Source: Octopus vulgaris (taxonomy: Eukaryota). From it: DNA of 64,000 bases. The stretch lies in contig OX597815.1 in NCBI GenBank assembly GCA_951406725.2, positions 204,848,001 through 204,912,000 on the forward strand, written 5' to 3'. The position numbers and the translations under genes were made by a program. Positions 52,967-64,000 of the stretch are shown here, piece after piece (the stretch's first letter is position 1; each line of letters begins with the position of its first letter). The notes beneath the pieces were generated by a model. The model was not told the DNA's origin. It saw only the letters and a program-made list of their open reading frames with translations, and made no database searches.

Positions 52967-54420
52967 GATTTGTAATAATAGCAGCAGCAGAAGCAACAAC
53001 AACTAATACTACTACTACTACTACGAGAATAATAAGCTTTTATGGGCCACAAGGAAAATATTTAATATTAAACTTGTTATACAATATTAAACTTTATAAT
53101 ACAAACGCAGTTACAAAATGTGAAGGGATATACATGCAAACAAACGAACAAACACATAGATAGATAGTTGCATGCATACATACATACATACATACATACA
53201 TACATACATACATACATACATACATACATACATACATACATACATACAGGGTAGGGTGAAAGTAATACAATATATTAAGGGATGTCAAGATCTCTTTTAG
53301 CAAAATTCTACAAATAAATACAAATGAGAGCAAAGTGTACACACACAGAGACACACGAGGAAAAAGTTTCCACCTAGTTAGAATTAGATTGCATGACTCC
53401 AGACACTTTCTGGAAACTGGGTTCTCCAAAATTATCCCTGAGCATTTTCGGTCTAAACCAAAACGTGAAGAGACCCACAGCTTGGCCTTTGGGAGCTGCG
53501 CTACTAGTCTTGTTATCAGCATTGTGGTTTACGGGATTCAATGTGACCTGCATGTTTATGAAGACCATATTGACCCACGTGTTGACTCGTGTTACTTTCG
53601 TGCTTGCCCTGTACTGTAGCGCAAAGATGACAAAATGCCATATGTCAACGTCTCTACAAATGTAATTGACTGTGATTCTTGTATAACTTCTTCCCATTTA
53701 TTGCTGTGCGACCCTTTGGACATGTGTGAAGCGAGCCATCTTCTTTTGTTTCTGCCTTCATTCTCAGTATTATGGAACTAGCATACACTTCCATACGCTA
53801 TAGTCTGGCCGATGGAGTACATCTTGCTCCACAACATTCCGGTTCTCTTTTCACTGTTTCTTTGAAGGTATATGGAAACCCATCCATTTTTCGAAAAATG
53901 GGAGTGTGCTACTTTCTTCTTCGGGCAAGGAAGCACTAGCATTTGTAACACACCTCGCCCAAATTGGCATTTTTCCGGAGCTGATCTGTGACACACGTTT
54001 CTCAAACAGGCAAAACATGTGATGCTGTTGTTATTGTCGTTGTAAATGTTTATGCTTCCGTCACTTATGTTTGTAAATATATGAATGTCTGTGTTTACAA
54101 ACATAGATACCTGAGCAATTGCCATATTTTAAAATCCGATTTCTTCTTACAAAATTGTCAACATATTTTTCAAAATTTCGCTGGGGTTTATTTGCCACTA
54201 TATCAATCGTTGTTACCGTATCCTTCTCTTCCCCCCAGGGCTAGGTACCTTGCGCCATATTTTGTTCTCTCCAAGATAATGTAGTTGATACTCAAACATC
54301 TTAAAGCCTTTCTCCTGGTAAAAAAAATAGGAAAAGAAATACTTAAATATACTTACTTTTTCATCTGAAGCTCGTAATATATGTCCGTTCAGCGAAAACA
54401 ACAACAACAACAACAACAAC

Positions 54421-54480
<60 letters not shown>

Positions 54481-54918
54481 TGCATTATTTAGGGTGAATC
54501 TGATTCAACCGCCAACCGATAATACGGAAAATGTTATCAATGATCGTAAATAGACATTTTTTTTTATTTAGCCAGTAACAAAAAGGAAAAACAAAATGAA
54601 CAACATTTTTATTTAAGGGAGACCCTTTCTAAACAATTATTCTTTTAAAGAAAATTTTCTATTCAACAATCAGCCGAAAAATATATTTAAATGACAATTT
54701 CTTATTTAATAATCACCCTGACAATTAAAACAAAATACAGGGCAGTAAGTTTACCATTCAACAACAAATCGGATATTTTTTTGAAAGAAAATATGGATTG
54801 GCCACAATTGTCCATCATACAATATTAAACGTTTTGCAACAATGGTTGTAAGACTTGTGAGGATATAAATATCCATACATACATACCTATGTATGTGTAC
54901 ACATACGTACGTACGTAC

Positions 54919-55020
<102 letters not shown>

Positions 55021-56086
55021 TTTTGATTTTTGGATTATTTTTCTTTCTAATGTTATTCCTTTTACGGATATGTTTACGTTAAGTGTTATCGCCATATTGG
55101 CTTGCACCACTTTCTGCCATTTCTGAGGCAGCCATCTTGCAACGTTTAAGAATTACAATTGTCAAAATGTGAGATAGTTTAATAATGTTACAAACAGTGC
55201 TTCCTTCCTTCCTTCCTTCTGCTCCATGTAATGAGGTAGACGCCCAAATGATTCCGAGGTTCCTTCGTTGAAAAAAATATTTTTAAAAGTTTCCGTAAGT
55301 TAATCCTAGAAAAAATATCTTTAACATAGAACTCAGTAAAACGTGACAGTTCAAAGCGAACGACAACAACAATATTGATAATAGTTTTAATTCTTTTACT
55401 TATCCAGAAATTGGTAATTTGATTTTGAATGAAGAATAATTTAAATATTTTAGAAATACCACTTATTCAACAATTTAGAAGGCGACCTTTTTACCTGACT
55501 TATGACTGTTTTTTTTTAACAAACATAGCCCAAGATTAAATAACCTATTTGTTAAAATTAATTTCCATCTGCTTATCAGTTGAAAATTACTTTTCCCAAA
55601 TAACCATCAGCCGAATAAAATAAAGATGTTTTTATCCTCAAATATTGACTGGAGAAAGAATGATTTTTTTTAATGGATGTTTCCAATTCAACAATCAGCC
55701 GAAAAATATTTTTGAATGAAATTAACTTTTTCCAAACAACCGTCAGCCGAAAAAAATAAAGATGGTTTTATCTTCAAATATTGACTGGAGAAAGAATGAT
55801 TTTTTTTTTAAATAAAAGTTTCTTATTCAACAATCAGCCGAAAAATATTTTTGAATAAAAGATTCTTTAACAATTATCCCAAAAAAAAAATAAAGGAATT
55901 CTTTTTCCTTTTTTTTTTTTTTTTTCAATATCTTACAATCTGCTAATGAAAAAAATATTAAAAAGAACAACTACATCCCGTTAGAAATGGAAATATTTTA
56001 TATGAACCCAACCAAAGTTGTGAAATCCCTTATTCGGGATCCCTGAGTAAAATAACAACAACAACAACAACAACAACAACAATAAC

Positions 56087-56128
<42 letters not shown>

Positions 56129-57339
56129 TAAAATAATTGCAATATTAAGGATGAATCTGATTCAACCGCTAGTCGGAAGGATGAACAATATTATCAATGG
56201 TCGTAAATGGAATTTTTTTTTCTTTTTATTTAGCTAGTCATAAAAAATAAAAATTAAAAACCTTTTTTTTTATTTTTATAGAAAATCCTTTCTTAAAAAA
56301 CAATGTTTTAAAGGAAATTTTCTTATTCAACAATCCGCCAAAAAATACGTTTGAAGGACAATCTCTTATTTAACAACCATCCTGACAAATAAAAGCAAAT
56401 TAAAAGATAGTTTACTCAACAATCAGTCGAATATATTTTTCAAAGAAAATTTCAATTTCCGTTTAAAAGTAGACGAAAATTCAAAAATTGTTTGTAAGTG
56501 TCAACAAGGTTGGTTTTCTCATGTGGAGTACACACACACACACAAAAAGGAACTCTAAAATTTTCTACGCATTGAATTAATAAAAGGAATGAGAGTAAGA
56601 AAGGAGTTTGTATTTAACAAGCGTCCAAAATATAGAGTTCTGAATGTTTAAATTTAATGTTTAAGACACTTACTCCAAGTAAAAAAAATCTTATTCAGCA
56701 ATCAAATGGAAAATAATTCAACAAATCTTCTATTCAAATGGAAGCAAATATTTCCTTAGTCACACAGAAAAGGGATTATTATTTTTTTTATTATTGAAGT
56801 CATTGTACAAATTACAAAGATGAAATATTCTACACGTTGTCAATCAACAAAAGCCATGTATAAAATGGAAATCCTAATTTCACTGCAGAACGTCTAACTG
56901 CAAAAAGTAGGTGGTAGAAAGAAATGATTTTTCTACGCAACTAGTATTCGAAAACGAGGAATAATAATTGCTTTTGTTGTTACTATTGAATTTTTGTCCG
57001 TTTTTTTTTTTATATATATATTGTTTGTTCATTTTTACTAAGAAAACTCTTTCTGTTTTCCTTTCAGCCTCAGTATCTAAAATATTCCACATTTCTAAAC
57101 TACAATGCTATTTACTGTTTATTTATTGGTGTGTGTGTTTGTGTGAGTGTGTATGTGTATGTGTGTGCGTGCGTGTGTGGGATGGGGGATGGGTGGGGAA
57201 TGCTCCATCCGCTCTTTAACTGATGACGCCAGCTATATATATATAATTGGAATCTTGAAATGCTGCAATCCATAATTGCCATCTCCTTGTCACTCCAACC
57301 ACACTGCTGTAATGACCGTAAACATCATCCACTTATTTC

Positions 57340-57785
57340 CACCCCCATCATACTCGTTGCTATTAGCATAATCATCATCATCATCATCATCATAATTCTT
57401 AGTTATTTTTCCATCACTAGCATTACCACCACCACCACCACCATCACCATCACCACCACCACCACCACCACCACCACCACCATTATCACCAATAACAACA
57501 ACAACAACATCATTATTCTCCATCAAATTGACTTTGTGCACCCCCATCATACTCGTTGCTATCAGCATCATCATCATCATCATCATCATCATCATAATTC
57601 TTAGTTATTTTTTCACCACTATCATTACCACCACCACCACCACCAACACCATCACCACCACCACCACCACCACCACCACCACCACCATCACCACCACCAC
57701 CACCACCACCATCACCATCACCACCACCACCATTATCACCAATAACAACAACAACATCATTATTCTCCATCAAATTGACTTTGTG
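57340..57785. repeat. Tandem duplication of a compound (CAT)/(CAC)/(CAA) microsatellite unit
   Basis: cacccccatcatactcgttgcta...ccatcaaattgactttgtg occurs twice (about 200 and 247 bp). Confidence 0.9.
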
Positions 57786-58585
57786 TGCATTCGGACGAAG
57801 TTAAATAATAAAGTATTATTGTTATGTGACGAAATACAATATGGAAGCGTAGAATAGTCTGGATGTGAAAGCATTCGATTGGATGGATCAATGGAGAAGG
57901 AAAGAAAGACAAGAATTTAAAAGAAAAAAGAGGCAGGGAAAATGGAATAATGAAGAAAACACATTAAGACATTTTTCTCTCAGATAAACATTAAAATTTT
58001 CCATTAAAATTAAAATACGATTTGATGTGTTGTTCCCTTAATGTTTTTTTTTATATTTTCTTTTATTTATGATTATTTATGATTATTTATGATTATATCG
58101 AGATCAGTATTTTATTTAATTTTAGTTTAGTTTCGTATTTAACTGCCAAGTTTCGGGACACGCATTTTTCTGGGGGACTTTTTCTTTTTCTTTTTTTTTT
58201 TTTGTTTTTGTTTTTAATTTTCTCTTTTCTCCATCTTTTCCATTCATCCTTTTCTGTCAAAGAGTATTGGCTCAAAACATCAAAGACTTTTCCATTTTTC
58301 CCCGAACATCAAACTAGTATACCTGTTTGTTGTTCCCTCACCTGCCTCTGTCTTTTGTTTTCTGTACATTTGAACCATATATATGATGGGCTCCCGTACA
58401 GTTCAGACTACCAAATTTCATTCCTAATTCATTATTTGACATAAGGCTATAATAGAAGACACTTAGTCAAGATATCACTCAGCGGAATTGAACCCAAAAC
58501 CATGTGGTTGCTGAGCGAACTTCTTAACAACAGAACCATCTTTACAACTGAATGTTTCTAATCATGCGTACAGTATATCTAATGC

Positions 58586-58764
58586 GTGGAGGCGCAATGG
58601 CCCAGTGGTTAGGGCAGCGGACTCGCGGTCATAGGATCGCGGTTTCGATTCCCAGACCGGGCGTTGTGAGTGTTTATTGAGCGATAACACCTAAAGCTCC
58701 ACGAGGCTCCGGCAGGGGATGGTGGTGATCCCTCATCGTCGTAACCGACGGAGTGCTTCCATCC
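58586..58764 (+). mobile_element. Family A SINE with internal deletion
   Basis: Head joined to tail at ccct microhomology; TSD atatctaatgc / atatctaaagc. Confidence 0.85.
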
Positions 58765-59288
58765 ATATCTAAAGCATGCCCTAATTTTCTGACCTGATTT
58801 CCAGTCTGCAATTCAACCAACAGTCGAAACTAGAACTCTACTAATAGCAATATTCAGTTCCAGTAGACTGATAATGTTTGTTTGTTTTTGTTCTTTTTTT
58901 TACTGTATACCTAATTTTAGCTTTCGAATGACCCCTGTATTAAATGTATTTTTAATAATTTCGCTATTCAAACATCCGAATTTAGAACTCATCAATTTAC
59001 AATACTCTTATTTGCTTCGCCAACAAAACTAATAATTTATGGTAAACTTTTTGGTTTATTTTTGTTTATATTGGCTATAATTAAATAACAGTTTTTATTC
59101 TCTGAATTTCGAATTCAAATTCATGAAAACTGATGCTGGTCATTTCTTAAAATTGCTTTTAAAGTTAGATTAAAGTTATTTAAAATTGCTATTTGAATGG
59201 TTTCTCTCTCTTTACCTCCACTCTTCTCTCTCTCTCACACACACACACACACATACAGCTAATTATCTATCTAGGGAAGAATAAACTA

Positions 59289-59362
<74 letters not shown>

Positions 59363-59677
59363 GTGTGTGTGTATGTATGTATATACAATTTAAAAATAGG
59401 ATAAAATCTTTATAAGAATTTATCAAGTAGTCAGCGTGAAAAACCTCATAAGGGAAAAAATTACTAATTATTCCCTTTAAATATATTTATTTATATTAAG
59501 GGCATTACTATACATAAATGCCTCACGCTACGAGGGATTCTTAAAGTCAAAACCACCATAATAGGCACATTTTACCGAACGCAAGGAAATGCAGTTCTCG
59601 AAGCGAACACCTTAAAAACAGATATGTATTTATGTATTATGTATGTATGTATGTATGTATGTATGTATGTATGTATG

Positions 59678-59720
<43 letters not shown>

Positions 59721-61278
59721 TTATAACAGTGATTGTGTTATGGGCGTTAAGTGATTTGTATTATGAATTAATACTTTTTTTATAATTTACAAGAGCCTAA
59801 GGGTCATTTTTCGATCAATTCCTCTTGAGATAAGTTGCTAGTTCATTGCGATTAACGTTTCCAGAAGAAGGATTCGAACTCGGAGATTCAATCTAACGAG
59901 ACAGTAGTCAATTTCTCAGTGTTGCCTCTTTTATAGCGATAAGTGATATCATACTACAGTATCTTTGAAACTAACAGGTTGCCTTGACCTGCTATGAATA
60001 GCAGCTAAATCTATCTGGAAACAGATCCTAATGTCTTTGAAAATAACACTTTTCATAATGTACTCCAAGACACACTATTTAAAAATAAAGCAAAAGGGGA
60101 ATGCCACGACTGGAAAGCCTTTAATTATAGGCTTACCCGATCACTGCTGACTCTGGTGTAAAGTAACAACAACTAATCACTAATATGAGGGATGTGTGTA
60201 AGGGGCGAGCTGACAAAATTGTTACCAAGCCGGACAAAATACTTAGCGGCATTTCGTCCGTCTTTACGTTCTGAGCTGAAATTCCACCGAGCTCGACTTA
60301 GCCTTTCATCTTTTCAAAGTCGATAAAATAAATACCAGCTGAACACTGGAGTCGATGTAATCGACCTAACTCTTCCTTTGAAAGTACTGGCCTTGTGTCA
60401 AAATTTGAAACCAATATGAGGAATGTGTGAAGCTCATATAATTTTATTTACATTGAGATTTATGAGAGTGTGAGTACAATCCACTCCAGGACTTCTTTTC
60501 AGTCTTTTAGTTACGAGGTCATGGCTCTTTGTAGGGCATTCGAGATTGATTAGAAGAATGGATGAAAATATCTTCGTTGGCAACGGAGTGGACTCTGCTA
60601 AAAGCGCCCAGCGTGCAAGGTAGTGCAACGCATTAAGCCTACCATCCAATAGGCTATGTCAGGATTTGAACTCAGAATGCGAAGGGCCGAAACAAACACT
60701 ACAAGGTATCCAGTTCGACATTCTTACATTTTCGCCAATACACCGCTCTGATTTGTTATTTCGTCTTTCTTCCGACAGAATGAAAGGCAATGTTGATGTC
60801 GGCAAGGTTTGAACTCAGAACATAGAGCCAGTACAATTACTGCAACACATTCGCTCGACGCTTTAGCGATTCTGCCAACTGACTGCCTTTGTAACGATAG
60901 CGAAATCGAAGAGAGGCAAACATTGTCGAATAATATTTAATAGAGGTAAGACAACTCAACAAAACAAATACAGTACAATAGTATGGTAGATACTATTAAC
61001 TACAGTGTAAGCACTTGCATCACAAAAATACCTTGTGGCTTATTAGAAACGTGTGAATAGTCTACAAATATTGAATTTGGTTAAGGGGTACTATTATAAC
61101 ATTGTAAAGCAAATACACAAAATCGTTTGGTGATATTTCATCTTGAAGCTGATCAGCTTCCATGGCAACCGTGTTGTAATAAATACACTGCTGGTGTTGA
61201 GTTAATTTTATTTATTTTTCTTTTACTGTTATGACTTTCGATTGGCATTTATATAAATATACATACACACGCACACGC

Positions 61279-61322
<44 letters not shown>

Positions 61323-61328
61323 AATCTA

Positions 61329-61688
61329 CAGGGGGATTCAAAAGTCTCCATACATAGGAATAATTTTTTTTAATAAGAAACGGTTTATAAGATCCCCTGA
61401 CCTGACCCCTCTTGATTCCTATCTTTGGGGGCATTTGAAAGACATGGTGTATCGCAAAAAGATAAAGATATAAATCATTTGAAGGAACTCATCACCAACT
61501 CATTTGCACAAGTATCACCAGATGTGCTATTATGAGTTCACAATGAGTGGGGTAGACGTATTGCAATGTGTATTCGAAACAATGGTAACCATATAGAATC
61601 GGTTAAATAAAAAAACAACTTTTCTTATAAACTGTTTCTCGTAAAAAAATAAATTGTTCCTATGTATGGCGACTTTTCAATCACCCTG
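61329..61688 (+). mobile_element. Tc1/mariner-superfamily (rosa/DD41D-like) deletion derivative
   Basis: TA flanks; about 60-bp imperfect TIRs starting cagggggattcaaaagtc / gacttttcaatcaccctg. Internal RSPDLTPLDSYLWGHLKDMVY. Confidence 0.85.
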
Positions 61689-61785
61689 TATACATATTTG
61701 TACGTGTTTGTGTATATATATATATTTACACACACACACATACATTATTATTATATAAATCTATACATATTTGTGTATGTGTGTG

Positions 61786-61938
<153 letters not shown>

Positions 61939-62329
61939 TATACATCCATAATTTGGATAAAATCATGAAGTTCTGTTTTTCTATTCAGTAAATAAATAAA
62001 TTTTGGTTTCCAGATATACTAGAGTTTGTATTGTTTTCTTATTTCTATCATTTCCAGACGATCAGGTAATACCAATTTATATCATCAATACGATAGCTAT
62101 ATCTATCAATGAATTGCATTCTTAAAGTAACAGCTTTTTTTATAATCTGCAAAGATATATGGACCGTTTTCCGAACGCTCAATGGAAAGGAAAGAGAAGT
62201 TCTCTGAATAGGCAGCTAGTTTTTTTTATGGTTAGCGTTTCTGGAAGGAGGATTTGAACTCGGCATTGCAATCTAACAGATCAGTCCTCGACTTCTCAAT
62301 TGTCTCGCTTTTATAGCGATGAGCTATAT

Positions 62330-62563
62330 ATTTCTTTATTGTCCACAAGGAGCTAAACATAGAGGGGACAAACAAGGACAGACAAAGGGATTAAGTCGAT
62401 TACATCGACCCCAGTGCGTAACTGGTACTTTATTTATCGACCTCGAAAGGATGAAAGGCAAAGTCGAATTCGGCGGAATTTGAACTCAGAACGTAACGGC
62501 AGACGTAATACGAATAAGCATTTCGCCCGGCGCGCTAACGTTTCTGCCAGCTCGCCGCCTTTT
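62330..62563 (-). mobile_element. SINE family C monomer (Meta-domain-like core), full length
   Basis: Core gcctttcatcctttcg.ggtcgataaa..aagtaccag; 16-bp TSD tagcgatgagctatat. Confidence 0.9.
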
Positions 62564-63282
62564 TAGCGATGAGCTATATTGTGTATGTGTTCCCCTTCGG
62601 TATTTTTTTACCATAACAGCTATTCTCTAATAGCACTGAATTACCTATTGCTTCTGTCCGTCTCTTTTATTTTTTTGGTCATCCATATTGTGTCAGCAGT
62701 GAAACCTCATACTATTAAAGACTTACCTCCATTATTCCTCTGTATATGCATCACCAATAATGCTTCAGTATTCTCTATCTCATCTACTAACTTGCAAAAA
62801 TCTAAGTCGAACATTAGCAGTATCGACTCACCTAAGAGGATCTGCACTTCGAGCTGTTTCAATCTTCAAACATTTTAGCATCTCATAGATACATCTCTCT
62901 AAATTTTGCTTCCTCCAGCATCATGCAGAAATCTGCCAAGTGTGGTGTATGAAACTGAAGACTCCCAGGCAACGAATCGACCCTTATTCTATTGTAAATT
63001 ATTCTTTAATTATTGTCGACACCAACAACACATATCCGCCATTTTATGTCAAATTCTCTTTTTCATCGTATCGGATGTGAGAGCTATTTTCCATTTTACC
63101 TGAAAGCAATTACATTCAATTATGTTGGTAGTGGAATTGTGAGAGAGACAAGAAGATAGTTAACACTTATTTGACCTTTCTTGTGAATCTTTACACTTGA
63201 TTTTACACGGGAAATTAATTTCTATTCAGAAATTGGTATTATGACAGATGTGTGTGTGCGCACGCTCGTGCGCTTTTGTATA

Positions 63283-63339
<57 letters not shown>

Positions 63340-64000
63340 TCTTTTACTCTTTTACTTGTTTCAGTCATTTGACTGCGGCCATGCTGGAGCACCGCCTTTA
63401 GTCGAGCAACTCGACCCCGGGACTTATTCTTTGTAAGCCCAGTACTTATTCTATCGGTCTCTTTTGCCGAACCGCTAAGTGACGGAGACGTAAACACACC
63501 AGCATCGGTTGTCAAGCAATGCTAGGGGACAAACACAGACACACAAACACACACACACATACATATCAGAAACAATTACTACTATAATGTGAAGTATATT
63601 TGTCACTTAAATGTGGCTAACCACTAAGGGCGGATGCTACTGTAGCTTGTAGCCCCAGGAGAACATCTTGCCACATTTAAGTGGTAAATATACTTCACAT
63701 TGTCGTGCAGCTACTGTTTATACCTCGTTCAAAGATTTATTATTGCTTAATTACTACTGTATTTATCGAAACTCTGGAAGAAAGATTTTGAAGAAAAAAT
63801 TAGTATCAAATGTATAAAAAGACGAAGGGAATATTTCATATTGCAACAGATGTTTTATGAGGTTCAGAATGTGGTAGCATGGAGACATTAAAGTTGCTCA
63901 CGACAGCCTTTTGCTTCTCCATAAAAACTCAAATGGTATTCTGTTTTGAGTTAACTGTATCGTTAAGTTTCTCATAAATATATATTTCTTTACTACCCAC

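Noticed and set aside
53094-54284. Overlapping ORFs downstream of the gene with more coding-like composition
   Set aside because: No motif I can recognise and the frames are broken. Possibly an old TE relic; needs a translated homology search.
59835-59950. Diverged ~115-bp repeat also at about 62213-62330 with a B-box-like motif
   Set aside because: Most likely an old tRNA-derived SINE remnant; too degenerate to call an RNA gene.

Overview
Eukaryotic, AT-rich, microsatellite-saturated DNA. The SINE repertoire looks like an octopod (Octopus-like) genome; this is inference from repeat families, not a database hit. One host gene can be assembled: a + strand, 5-coding-exon cytosolic sulfotransferase (SULT1-like, 867-nt CDS, 288 aa, 9279-52702) with GT-AG introns of 23.0, 16.8, 1.3 and 1.4 kb. 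Its PAPS-binding loop reads YPSSGTHW instead of YPKSGTHW. The rest is mobile DNA: mariner, rosa-like, piggyBac and hAT relics and MITEs, non-autonomous Helitrons, three tRNA-derived SINE families, and fragments of R4/Dong, Tx1/L1, RTE, CR1 and CRE LINEs. Most notable: (i) an intact-core hammerhead ribozyme antisense in intron 3, plus degenerate relatives in Penelope-like fragments; (ii) SINE multimers always joined at the same hairpin-forming junction GAAATA-GG-TATTTC at three separate sites; (iii) several local fold-back duplications and a templated patchwork inside the introns; (iv) an Hsmar1-like mariner. Almost all ORFs in the track are microsatellite or SINE artefacts.
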